From Botryllus schlosseri (lineage: Eukaryota): a DNA stretch of 64,000 bases. The translations under genes were made by a program, and so were the position numbers. The notes below the pieces were generated by a model that was given only the letters and a program-made list of their open reading frames with translations, was not told the DNA's origin and made no database searches. The stretch is taken from NCBI GenBank assembly GCA_051294905.1, contig CM119372.1, positions 3,474,001 through 3,538,000 of the forward strand. Direction: 5' to 3'. This document shows, piece after piece, positions 11,980-24,527 of the stretch (the stretch's first letter is position 1; each line of letters opens with the position of its first letter).

Positions 11980-12781
11980 TCATTTCAATATGAATATACT
12001 ATTTAATTGTATATTGAAGTTCTGTACCTCCAAGAAGACCTCCTAAACTGATATTTTAACTTATCAGTCTTATCCGTGGTAACTAACGAGACCGGCCGTA
12101 TAGCCACAGCCTTACAATATAATATAGTGGCTATGGTGTATACCACATTAGCTACGATTGTCAGTTGTTTCTTTTACCCTAGTATGTACTTTACTGAAAT
12201 TGGTACTAGGGCCAACAATTTCCGTATGATAGACCCCAGTCTCGCGAACGTGGTTGAATCAGGTCAAATCACCACAAAAATGATATCAGTAACATTCAGT
12301 TCCACGTATAACATTGACCGCAGCGATTTTCAAGCTAATCAATTTTGCCAATAGCCTGATAAACTGCAGGAACGAGTAACAGCCAGTAATTTTGCGAAGT
12401 AATTCTGGTAACTTGACTTTACAGCTAAATTAAGGTAATATTACATATCAAAATGTAAAATTACAAGATACTCACAGTTATTGGCTGCGACTGGTAATTC
12501 GTTGTAAAATTTACAGAGATTTCCCAGTAAATCTACCAGATTTTTTTCAGTGCAAAGCTACAGACAGGCAGATATATTATAGTTCTGTCTGTCGTTTACA
12601 CGTTATCCAACAATACATGGTCGCCATGGTGTGTGATTCAGGACGTGAGTCATTTCACGTCGGGTTATACCAGTGAGTCTGTGTGCTGTACAACATTTTC
12701 TTCCACATCAGTTACTGCAAAGGGAGCACATGCATAATAACATGGTGGCGCATTGACAATTGTGTATGCCTTCACCTGCAG

Positions 12782-15700
12782 ATGCTATTCGGAATACTAT
12801 TGATCACAAGCGTAGCGTATAGCGTCTCGAGCAAAGAGTAGTGCGTCGCACTTTATCCGGAAGCCACAAACGCATTGTGCGCACAGTGCACTCTTTGCTA
12901 CATAGGAAACTCATGCCGCATTGTTTCATCGATAGCTGCCGGTTCTGCGCGACTATTTTGTATACATTTTAACCAGTTCTGCAGCAGAGGAGGTTGACAA
13001 ACAAAAACGTGGCGCAAAGAGGTAATATTTTATATTGAGATTAAGCCTATATTCTGTATATCCGCATGATACGGTGTGTATAAATAGACTATAATATGAG
13101 GCGATTTGACTGTATGTTGTTTGCATCGATACTATAAGGCAGCGCGTCATTACGGGGAGCTGATTCTTCTCCCGAGAGAGAAGGCAGACCCGAACCTATT
13201 CGCCCAAGCTTCGCCGCAGAAAGTCAACGCATACAAGATATATCAGAAGACGAGCTAAAACAATTACAGGTGAGCCAAGCTGAGGCATCATATAAATATC
13301 GGCCTGCTGTATTAGCTAACCTATTACGATTTTCAGACAATACCACTGCTAGAATTCTCGAGAAGATCTTCGTCGGGGTAAGTTTTATTCAATCTTTGGA
13401 CTTGATAGATTACAACAGTGTGTATATATCTAAATTATGAGATTCCAAGATCGAGTACTAGAGTGCGTACGACGTACGTCTGTACGAGCATTAACCAGCA
13501 AATGCCAGCCGTAATGTCGCGCATGCTCCCTGTTAATGAGGTTGTGACAGCATAATATGACAGTGTCTGGTTATGGTTTTATGCATAACTACGTGGTTTT
13601 AACCGATTGACAGTAACGTCACATCCTTGAGCACTTGTTTTCCTGTGTGACATGTTTTGTTTCTGCGGTAACCCTACTTGAAGATTCAAAGTCTCACAAC
13701 TAACTCAAAGTAACTCATTAAATTGTCCCAGGGATACTCCCAGTGGTTACCAGTGAATCCGGCAATGGAGTTATAGTCAATATTGAAAGTGATTCATCAA
13801 TATGGTATTAGCAAATTCGAAAATTAATGTTTCATTGTGTATGAGCGGGAATTGTAATATACGGTAGTTGCTGAGCTCGGCATCGGGTATTTATTTATTT
13901 ATATATAGTAATGTAAAGGGGTATGCTAGGTGCAGACTTGGGCAAATAGATAATTATAGTTATCTAATACTGTTCCGAGCGAAATGCCTGTAATCTACTT
14001 GTAATCTAATCTCTGGTTTTCCTGAAAATGCTACAGGAAAAAACTGCTGCATAGTGTGAAACGAGCCAAGCTTGTACAATGTACAGACATTTGCTATTCT
14101 CATGCTTATGATAATGAATTCTGATTTGATATGAACTGAACTTCATTCAATGTCCAAGTTTGCGCAAATTCAGTAGTTATAACTCTAATCAAATATGGAA
14201 ATAATGTGTAGCGGGGCCTACGATATCGTATAGGCCCCGTGTGTAGCTATAATTGTAATTCTTATCTAATTTGGAAAATGAAACAATGTTCCTATATAGT
14301 TCTCCAAGTCGGGTCAAACCCCGAGTTTAATCTTTACCTTGTCTATATTTTCAGATTGGTCCCGGCATCAGTGCTTAATTCGACGGAGGTTAATAAACTG
14401 GCGTCTGGACTGCCGAGCAGCGTGAATGTGAGCGTGGAGGATTTGACTAACCCGGTAAGTTTTCATGACAACAAAAACTTTATAATGATTCTTGTTGCTA
14501 AGCGGACAGTTATATGCATGCGAAGCAAAGCCATGCGATGGGATGAAATGTCGAATAATTACTAGTGACGGTATTTCTACTACCATAACGCATGACCAAG
14601 TATATTGGCGTCTGGTACCAGATTAATAAACGCACAACAAGCACCCATTCGAATCCATTTCCCGACTTCGTGCGCCGGAAACGGTGAAACACAATCCCTC
14701 GCTCTCGTTTGGCCCATTCCAGCGGCATAAACTCATCCGTATCTGAATTATTCCGTTCTTATCAATGCGCCAGAGTTGAAATTGTTCAGCTTTTCCAGAG
14801 TAGATAAGAATTAGAAATACTGAATTCGCAAAATATAATGAAATCGAGTTCAGTTGACGTCAAATTAGCATCAGTGTTAGCATGAGTGTAAGCATGAGAA
14901 TGGCGAATGTATGTACACTAGGGCTCTTCAAAAATGACTTTTTTTCTCAAATCGTACTGGCTACTTGATAAAATTGTTAGGTTACCTAATTTAAGCCTAC
15001 ACACAAAATTTGGTTCAATTCCAGCCTGTAACCGGTCTGCTACAGGAGAAGATAGTTTATATTTATTAAATAAAAATAAATAATAAAAAATTTGAAAATT
15101 TTCTGTTCACCCCATGAAAGTGTTAGGCTGTCTATAGAAACGATCCTCACCAAATTTGGTTTAATTCCAACCAATGGAAGCGGAGTTATTGCCGTCGAAA
15201 AATTTTGATTTGAATAAAATAGTATTTACGGTGAGCACGACTATAATAAATAAACGAAGAATCGGTCACGTAAATACTATTTTATTCAAATCCAAATTTT
15301 TCGACGGCAATAACTCCGCTTCCATTGGTTGGAATTGAACCAAATTTGGTGAGGATCGTTTCTATAGACAGCCTAACACTTTCATGGGGTGAACAGAAAA
15401 TTTTCAAATTTTTCATAATTTATTTTTATATGATAAATAGAAACTTTCTTCTCCTGTAGCAGAGCGGTTACTGGCTGGAATTGAACCAAATTTTGTGTGT
15501 AGGCTTAAACTAGGTAACCTACCAATTATATCAAGTAGCCGGTAAGATTTGAGAAAAAAGTCATTTTTGAAGAGCCCTAATGTACACCAAGCTTGGTTCC
15601 TTTCGCATAGTTGTACAGTTTGCCTGTATCATTTTCCAGAAAACCAGAACTTAAGTTACAATTAACATGAGAACATGGAAACATTTCACACATTAGATAG

Positions 15701-18700
15701 AATTAGATGACCGGCAATTGCCCACTGCGGACATTTCGTCCCTATTCCGAATTAGCACAGTAAAATTCATTGAAAGTAATAAGATCTCTACAGTTACAGT
15801 TTTACTCTGAAATAGACCAATTATAATGGCCGACGCGCCTGTGACGTGAAATTCAATACCTATCCTCCTTCGCTGGACCTGCGTTCTGTATAATTTCGGA
15901 GAAAATAGACTACTCTATATCTTAAAATTATCATATTAGTAACGTTTCGCGCGGGTATATTATGTATATTTCTAGGATAATCCTTCTTCGATTCTCTCGC
16001 CGATTCGCGGAGAATCGGAAAACCGACACAAGATGGGACAGCAGCCTACGAAGCGGCCTGCCAGAACGATTCCAAAGAATATTATGAACGAAAATCCACA
16101 GGTATATGCCTGATATTGCTATAGTTTTATTAGCTGTACTGTGCAGTACATACGCAATGCGAATTGCAATTTTGGTAGTCTTTAAGGGTGGTTTTTAACG
16201 ATCTTCGCCGTAAAAGGAGTCACTAACTCAAGAGATCATTAAATATCACGAGAATTTGAGTTTGTCTCGCAAAATAGTCGCTAATCCCGAGTTATAGATA
16301 GGTAACAGAGATATATAGGTAACAGAGATATATAGAAATCTACACAAGTCTGATAGGTCGATATTTTTTCATTTGTTCGTCTCACTGTAAAGAAAGGAAT
16401 GAGTGATACGAAAAATTGTGGAGATGTCGCTTGGTCAGGACGAGATAGTGGCGATTTATTAGACCAGGTTGAGTTTTGAGAGGAACCGATGTTTTATGAC
16501 GTCTAGTAGGTGTTGATATGATATTCATCTGTTGTGATACAGGATCATCATTTAAGTACATGATTGAGTAATAGCCTATAGTTGACACGCATTTCTGTTT
16601 TATGGTTATGCGCATAATTGCATATATTCATGTGCGTATGTATTTATCAGTTGACATAGAGAAGCAAACTAGAAGTAATAAAACAATGAGAATGGGGGCA
16701 ATTGGAAACGAATGGTTGTAATAATTTCTCTAGTACAGAATCTATGGTTTGAGTCTCGAGCACTTGTCTTTTTATGCGATTTTGAGGTACTTTGTTGTAG
16801 TTTTAGGAAGTTGTAATCTCGGCTTTTATTTGGGCCCATACTATAGAAACATTTGGAAGGATCATTTCATTTTTGGGGGAGGCAAAATAAATTTACTAAT
16901 GACGTTACTTCACATATCTATTTGACGTAGCCAAAACCGACGTGATATGGCTTAGTCTCAATCGAAATTGGGTAGTAAATGTATGCCATTTGTTCCTCCC
17001 CCCCTCGTCCCAATGGCTACGCCTCTGGGCTGCAATATATTAGTCACTGCGAAATGAAGATACCGACGAGAAATCATTGGATATTCTTCACCTCATATAT
17101 TTCGGGTATTTCATATTTTCGTAACCATCCACAATAGGGTGACTTCTAGTCAATATTAACATGAAAAATTGACTATATACTCTGCCATATTACGATATCA
17201 TCATATTTTGGAATCCTCAACTAAATCTCAAGGCATATGCGTACATTATACGTTACTAGAGCTGCCTCTTTCGACTCGCAGGAATTCATGACCCGGCATC
17301 GGCAAATCGAAACGGAGGTCACCGGAAACTGCATGCCATGGTCAGAACACGTCTACTACAAGCTTTTCCTAGACACGGAAGGACGGCTCGCTACGCTATT
17401 AGTGCTGAAATGTGAAATCACATATGTGGACCTCTTCACCGATGTCGAGCATGTATTGTACAGATCAAGATTCATAGGTTTGAAATTTGTAAACGGTATA
17501 TTGCACATTACTAGGCTGCTTTGCGGTTGGCGCTACTGTCCATCAATGGGTCATTCTGATCAGACTTGGACTTCTAGTTGTATAATTACACTAATTAAAG
17601 CGAAATCCATGTAATCTAATTCTAATCTATTTTGTCAAATGTTTCTATGCTCTAATTTGAATTATAATCTAATTTCTGGTCTTCCTGAAAATGATGCATG
17701 CAGGGTGACTGTATAGTGCGAATATATAGTGCGATATAGTGCGAAACAAGCTAAGTTTGGTGTACAGTCATTTGCCACTCTCGAGCTAATGACTATGAAC
17801 TCTCATTTGACACCAACTGAACTTGAAATTTGTTACATTCTTTTCAAATTCAGATTTAAAGCAATTTCCAAGATTTTGTGTATTCACTAATTTCACATTT
17901 TTAGTCGTCAACTCTGCCCTTTAGCAGTCCAACTGATACCCTGGTTGAGAATCACTGCTCTATACTAAGATTGCCATCCCTATACACGACAAACGGCCAC
18001 AAATTCGTTAGTATACGTCAGTGTACCGTTTATCTCAAACAGGGATATATATATCCCTGATCTCAAACAGGTGGTAAAGCTGACGGGGTAGCGCAAATAT
18101 TCGTGTACGATCTGATGAAGGTTCCATGGGAGGATAAAATCCCGAAGTCTCAGGCTATCGAGCTTAATATCGATATTGTCGTGAGCTCGTCCCCGATCCA
18201 CGCTTGTTCCGAAACTTTACTGAATCTCATCAAACTAGAAAAGGTAAGGAAGAACTATTCCGATGTTCTGATCATCGAAGTGCACATGCAAACTCATTAC
18301 TATGGCGATTTTTTTGACATGTTAAAATAAGTCAAAATTTTGTCAAAATTGTCGAGTTAAGTCAAAAAATTGTCAAAATTGTTTACAAAGTCAAAAAAAT
18401 CTGCAACCTGCGTTTCGTTTGTATTGTAGATATTTGCACTGTCGATGAAGCATATCCTACATAAAGGCTATTGATGAACTTATCATTTCACATTTTACAC
18501 TAAGCTTGTAGCCTACTTTATAGGCCTAAACATCATAAACATTCAAATGAAACAAATAGGTTGACATGGTGTTATGCTCAACGTATCGCAATATCCTAAC
18601 TGAAGCAAGATTGCGTGGTTCTTGTATCAAGAGGCGCATGATGAAAAGTTGTGATATAGACAACGTTATCAGAATGAAGCAACATGGCGTGTCACCAGCA

Positions 18701-21700
18701 AGTGTACTCACAACTTCAGTGTTGCCAGCCAACAACTGTTGCTGTTGAACGTTCTTTCTCCATTATTGGCAAGTTACTTAGTAAGGACAGACACTTTCTA
18801 CCCAAGAACGTAGGGAAGTATCTTTCGTTGTACTACATAAATATTTAATCATTTCTACCATAATGCGTGATGTGACTGCTGGAATTCTTCATAGGTCCAG
18901 ATTTCATTAAAATAAAGTTTTTTCAAGTTAAAATTTGTCAGTTTTTAGGTCAAAAAAGTTTTTTTCAGGCCGAACTACTTCGTGAGGACAGACAGTTCCA
19001 ATCAGAAATGAAGATTAGTAGTACATTTTTAACATTATGTGGGAAAACACCTAATTTACATACCTGAGGTCAAAATCTGGTCAAAATTAAGTTTTCAAGG
19101 TCAAAAACGTTAAAATTTTTATTTTTTAGGACAAAATCCGCAGTTTTCTAGGTAAAAAAATCGCCTTACTCATTACTCATTATGTGATATATGTATTTCA
19201 CGAAAGGCGTATCTCAAGCACCGGAATTTCGATGGGCAGTTGAATGTGAACTTGCGCTTCGCGCATGCGTTGGGCTGGGACGTGAAAGATACCGAGACCA
19301 GGAACAAAATTCACGAAGGTACAGTCGGCTGACTCAAAGGAAAATATTATTCGACTACTCAGATCTTTTTGATTACTGTTGGGAAAGTTTGAGCTGCGTT
19401 GCAGAAATAGTAGGGCTATAGTGACTCGTCAGATTAAGTTATTTTCACTAACGAGCATACGACGGACGTTGATTTTACGTTGTAAAGTCTAACGTTTTGA
19501 GTATTGGTTTGTATAAGGCTGGGCACAATAATTCGAGTACTCGAATCTTAATCGAGTAATTATTTTAATGCTCCGAGTGGAGTAGTAAAAGAGGATTTTT
19601 TCGAGTACTGAAGTTATACGCTCCTAGCCACCGGAAGTTATTTTATCAACGAGAATTATGGTTTCGGTACTATTTTCCACCGTGAAAGCCTTGAAACCTT
19701 GATTGGCTGTGTCCCAGCATACAAAACATATAGTACAAAGCTTCTGATGTTACTAGAAATAACACATTTCCGAAGTCATGGTCCTCCCACAACATTGTCA
19801 CAAAGTGTAATGAAATCGGTAGGGTCGAAAAAATACCAAAGTATCTTTAATGTGATGGATAACAGGCAATATAGGCTATTCTTTGTGCCACCTTCTCTCT
19901 TCCGCATCTTCGACGGCAGAGCTGGATGCCCTGACAGGTGACCAAATGCCTAAAGTCCATCAGTGGGCATCCCAGAACAACCTTTGCATAAACGCCTCGA
20001 AATCCCAATTGCTGACAGTAAATTCAAAAAGTAACCTAACCGTTAATATCGCTGGTCAGCCCGTCTCCAACACAGATAATGCCAAATATCTCGGGGTTTT
20101 ACTGGACTCGAACATGTCCTGGAAGAGTCATATTCAGTCCCTAGAAACTAAATTATCTCCGAAGTGCGGCCTGTTCTACAGCCTTAGGCGCTTCATGCCA
20201 GCATGGGTTCTTCTGATACTCTTTAAATCCTTAATCCAATCGAAGTTACATTATGGCATCCTCTGTTGGGGGGCTGCCAGTAAAACTGCACTCAAGCCAC
20301 TGCAGAAACTACAGCATAAAGTACTCCGAATCATAGCTAGAGCCCCAAAGGGGCCTGGCTGCCCAGTGCCCATCCAATAAGTCGCTGCTAAAGAGATTCG
20401 GCGTCCTAAACATAGAAGATATGCGGAAACTAGGAGTCGCCAAGTTTATGTATCAGTTTCACTGCGGTCGTTGCCCCGAATATTTCAATGACTTCTTGAC
20501 CTCTGAATCAAAAGCGCACAAGTACAACACACGCGCGTCCACGTCATCCAAATATCATATGATCGACCGAAAAGATCATCGCTCCTTCAAATATGCCGGA
20601 CCTGATGTGTGGAACAGTATCCCGCCGGCCATCCGGCAGTCGACGAGCATGTCCACATTCAAGTCGAAATACAAGCAATTACTACTAAATAAATACAGTC
20701 CATCCTCAAGATTACCGGACCACGACTGACCTATCGATCTCGCTTCCCATGACATGCTGCCCTATTTCTTGTCGCTTCCTTTTTCTATACTGTCTTTCTT
20801 ACTTTCATTCAGTGTGCATGCCTCCTCTTTACATCGCCTAGGCCAAGGTGGGTGTCTGATTCCATAGACAACTCCTAGTCGCTTCGACATAAAAGGTACA
20901 TATTTGAACTTTGACATAGTACCTTCTGCTATGACGCCAAAATGAGTGATACTCGACTCGAAGCATTATACGTGATTCAGAATCGAATCACTCAGGTTCT
21001 CGATTTTGCCCAGCCCTATGGCGATAATTGAATTCTAATTAGGCTGCGAACAAATATACCATCGCTCACGAAAAGTAAGCTATACTTATTGCGAGTTGAA
21101 GATGTCATTATTATCGCGACGCACCTTCGCACTCTGGGACAATGTATGTGTATTAGGGTTGTTCGAATAAAAAAAATGTTAGGTTTTCTGAAGAACGCTG
21201 CACACCAAATTTTGCTCAATTACAACTAGTAGATGTGAAGCTACGGGAATTCGAAAATTTTGAATATGTTATAAAAAATGTTTGAAATTTGAAAAACAAT
21301 TTTCAAATTTTACTGTCAACCTCGTGAAATTGTTGACGATGCATAACAATTTTATGCTTCATTCCTACCGGTAGAAGCGAAGTGATTGCAGTTGAGAATT
21401 TTGGATTTAAAAAAATAGCATTGAAGGTGAGTGTTACGTAATCCCTGAATTAATAATGAAAAACTTAACCAACACCAAGTCTAACTAAGTCTGCGGGTTT
21501 TAATTGCGTCACATTTGTTTCGCGTCATTTTTGTAAACAACTCAACCATTTCATGGGTGGACAGTAAAATTTGGAAAAAAGTATTCAATTTTTATCATAC
21601 ATTTGAAATCTTCAAATCCCGGAAACTTCACATCTACTAGCAGAAATTGGGCCTAATTTGGTGTGTAACGTGTTTTAAACCAACCCGACAATTTGATCAA

Positions 21701-22260
21701 ATAGCACAAATTTGAAAACAAAGTTATTTGTGAACAAGGGTGCAGCTATACGATGTATATGTGTTGGTCGATTGTGACCAAGGTTTTTAAGAGTCGGTCT
21801 TTCAAGCCTATATCTGGTTGTCATGTAGTCTATATTTTTTGCCATAGCAACGGCTTCAAAATTTAGTTGCGCTCAGTCTTTCAGAACTCTGTAGGATTCC
21901 TCATAGTCATATCTCTCCATGTCCCTGTTTTATAAAAATAGATTTCACAAATCGCTTCCAAGCGCAATGTACACTCAATACATTCGATCGCTTTGTGCCA
22001 ATGAATCGAATCGTGGTTTTGTGGCAGGATTGCGAAACTTGTACAGAGAAGGAGTGAATCTCGAAGTCATGAGCGCAGACGCGGTCCTGGAAGAAATGCG
22101 TGTCGACGAAGTCGCAATATCTGACGAGGAGAGAGTCAAACACTATATTTCAGCTCGCAGTGCCTGGACCATCCCGCCGATGAAATTTCGAGTGGGTTTG
22201 AATCAGTACTGGAAATCGGTATATGAGACTAGCCGGAGTTACCAGAGTTCATTTTCATGA
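12782..22260 (+). CDS. Putative secreted AID/APOBEC-like (pseudo)deaminase, 10 coding exons, 403 aa
   Basis: Phase-consistent GT-AG exons 12782-12840, 12977-13021, 13143-13269, 13337-13377, 14355-14454, 15976-16101, 17282-17477, 18071-18243, 19207-19318, 22028-22260 (1212 nt, no internal stop). N-terminus MLFGILLITSVAYSVSS is signal-peptide-like. The C-terminal half aligns by eye with AID: GRLATLLVLKCE ~ GRRETYLCYVVK; IVVSSSPIHACSETL ~ WFTSWSPCYDCARHV; LNVNLRFAHAL ~ LSLRIFTARL; EGLRNLYREGVNLEVM ~ EGLRRLHRAGVQIAIM. Confidence 0.75.
13933..14200. repeat. Dispersed repeat family C (probable MITE)
   Basis: Core ggttttcctgaaaatgctacagg..tagtgcgaaacgagccaagcttg..cagacatttgc recurs in either orientation at ~14770-15730, 17560-17860, 22260-22470, 25600-25830, 29230-29490, 38450-38820, 42120-42335, 63130-63410. 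Confidence 0.75.
14919..15579. mobile_element. Palindromic fold-back MITE (hAT-like)
   Basis: ~310-bp inverted arms tagggctcttcaaaaatgac / gtcatttttgaagagcccta; perfect TSD atgtacac. Family copies at 35412-36080, ~21152-21740 (older) and ~60355-60540 (partial). Confidence 0.9.
18301..19168 (+). mobile_element. Non-autonomous hAT derivative retaining the transposase C-terminal dimerisation remnant
   Basis: TIRs tatggcgatttttt / aaaaaatcgcctta; TSD ctcattac; decayed QPTTxAVERSFSI.GKLL..DRHF. Sister copies at ~27590-28283, ~31430-32120 and ~47570-47808 (minus, partial). Confidence 0.8.
19868..20888 (+). mobile_element. 5'-truncated non-LTR retrotransposon (CR1/L2-group-like) RT C-terminal fragment
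   Basis: WASQNNLCINASKSQ..AKYLGVLLDSNMSWKSHI..LIQSKLHYGILCWG..LQKLQHKVLRII, and after a break HKYNTR..SFKYAGPDVWNSIP. It splits a family A MITE (~19515-21018). Confidence 0.9.
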
Positions 22261-22639
22261 ACACGAGAATAGCAAATGTCTGTATACCAAGCTTGGCACG
22301 CTTCGCACGATACAGTACTGCTGTAGTATTTTCTGTAGAACCCGACATTAAACTAGAATTAAAATTGAAGCATCACATTTCACAAATTAAATTATAGTTA
22401 GATTACCGGCATTTCGCTCTATTTAGTTTAATTAGACACCAAAAAATCCCCAGTTGTCCAAGTTCGAGACTAGCGTATGCATGCAGTCGCGTGAGCAGTG
22501 GACGTTTTAGTGAACTCGTGGCTATCATTTCCCGATCCTTGATACATATATTCAACCCATCTTTTCATACGAATGCCATTAAAAAATGCAGTAGGCTAGA
22601 TACCCTGATAACCTAGCTTGGAAGCAGCTTTTTAGGCTA

Positions 22640-24120
22640 CGCAGGCCTTGTTTTCTTGTCCCGTACATTTGATGTCTTCACTCAAAATGAGAAGTCTAAA
22701 TTATATGCCCAAATTAACCAAGACATCGACTGCCTTGCATTCCAGGGCCGAGCTGCTTCCAAGGCGGGAAATCGTAAGCCCAGGCGTGATTACGACGACT
22801 CGTCTTCCGAGGAAGATTTTCAAACGTTGGACGAAGACGATATGTATCACGTTTACCTCATTGAAAAACTAGACCATATCGTAAACGGCAGTTACAAATA
22901 CACGCGAATAGGTTCGACCGTCACAGATAGCATAGCGTAGGATAGAATATAAAGCCTCTTTGTAACCTGTTTGTGCAGACAAGCGACCTAGAGGAAGCAG
23001 AGAGTGACGAAGACGCAGAAGAAGAACTAGAAGCAGAAGAGAATAAACAAGACGAGCCTCGTACCAGCCGTGCGTCGACACCATCGTTGCTAACGAAAGC
23101 AGTATCGCAGCTGTCCGTGAGAGGCCGTTCAGCGGAGAGTACGATGCAAACGATGGACGACGGGTATTACGTATATTTGCATTCGAGCTTGTGGGGAATT
23201 CTGCGTGACACCAAGAGAACCAAGTCCATTCTGGAACAAACCTCTGAAGATTGATCGTATCAGACCAATAGTTTAAGGTTGACTGAATGTAAACGATGCT
23301 GTGAGCAAACCATATTTTTAATCACCGATCCGCAGTAATTTTGCAATCAATTTCTGGTAATAAAAGCACAAATGTGAGAGTCACCGACGATTACCACTGA
23401 CAAGTGTGAGCCGACAATCTTATCCAATTGTACAGTATATTGAAGTTCTGTAGTTGCCTCGGAGTCTCTTCTAACGAGAGTCTGTTCCATAATGACCAAT
23501 TTCGGAGTAGGTAAGCCTGTCTATACGCTAAAGCCATCATCCTCAACGCCAGGCGTGCTAACAGCGGCGGAAACTGGGGGGAAGTCATTCGTGGCTTTTC
23601 CGGATATGAGCGAAGAGAGGTCGAAAGAATCCACATCATTGCTCGCATTCGCCCTCACTATCGTAGGAAACGAAGCATGACAAGCTAGTGCTCTAAGCTC
23701 TTCAGTCAGTGTGCTCCAAAATAAGCAAGGGTTGCGTCAGTACGAAAATGGACGCACGGGTGAAGCGCTAACCTGTCACACTAGCTGGCATGCTTCCCAA
23801 ATAGGCCGCGATAATGGAAGGTGCTGATCTTCACAGAACATGTTTGGAGAGCATTGTGACGAAGTGTCTCTTCGAGTATTCAAATAAGTAACACGAATAT
23901 GGGTGAGAAACACCATTCTAATAGTATATCTGCCTTAATAGGACCCTCCGAGAACGTGACGCAAACAAAACAAAAGTGATTTTGTTGAACCTTTTTGTGG
24001 TTGTCGGTACTTTGCAGCTCAGCTGGCGTGATTGTCCCGCAGCAGCGTAATGATTTCGGACCATCCCCGCCTGCTATTTCGATTTGACGCTTTGGGTTTG
24101 CGTAGACACCTCCCCTGATG
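22640..24120 (+). pseudogene. Unidentified decayed intronless coding-like segment
   Basis: GC-richer block with successive protein-like + strand ORF pieces (22656-22940, 22973-23254, 23492-23680) broken by stops and frameshifts; acidic tracts. Confidence 0.4.
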
Positions 24121-24142
24121 CACTAACTATCCAGTACTGCTT

Positions 24143-24527
24143 TATATATATATATATATATATAGTTCTAGCTCTGTCTGCATTCAGACTAAGAGCACCA
24201 TCACCGTGGTGATGGAAGTATCCATCGAAAAAAGACACAGCATTAAAGATTTCAAATATAAATTAAATTTCGCGTGAAAATGCTGCTTTCGAAAATGTCC
24301 TGATGTCGGTATCGTTCCGATTAAGGACATTGTTCATCAGCGCTGCAGAGGGTCTTCCTTTTTTGGTTCTCCTTTCATCTTCAAAGGTTATTGACTTCAC
24401 GACACTATCATTAGGTTTTCGAATTATATGGGCTAGAAATTTAGCTTGTTGGTGATCAATAAATGATGAGAGATCTTCAGTGCGACAGATTTTATGAAGA
24501 TTTTTATTACTTTGCCATGCCTTAAAG
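24143..24527 (-). mobile_element. 3' end of a LINE (RTE-like) with (TA)n tail
   Basis: Minus ORF ..SNKNLHKIC..LSSFIDHQQAKFLAHIIRKPNDSVVK..RRTKKGRP resembles the non-LTR RT C-terminus; short 3'UTR ends in (ta)n at 24143-24164. Confidence 0.7.

Larger units (their letters stand above)
8836..12037 (+). mobile_element. Penelope-like retroelement, 5'-truncated, with inverted copy of its 3' end
   Basis: 8836-9523 is the reverse complement of 11318-12005 (688 bp, very few mismatches); 12-bp TSD acctcctaaact at 8824-8835 and 12038-12049; RT + GIY-YIG ORF. Confidence 0.95.

Noticed and set aside
21919..22027. N-terminal part of the 113-aa ORF as coding
   Set aside because: The cag acceptor at 22025-22027 joins exon 9 in the correct phase and restores the EGLRxL motif; the upstream part is intron.
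23555..23590. Walker A / DEAD-box-like motif (VLTAAETGGKS)
   Set aside because: Spacing is imperfect and no downstream Walker B or other helicase motifs are visible.
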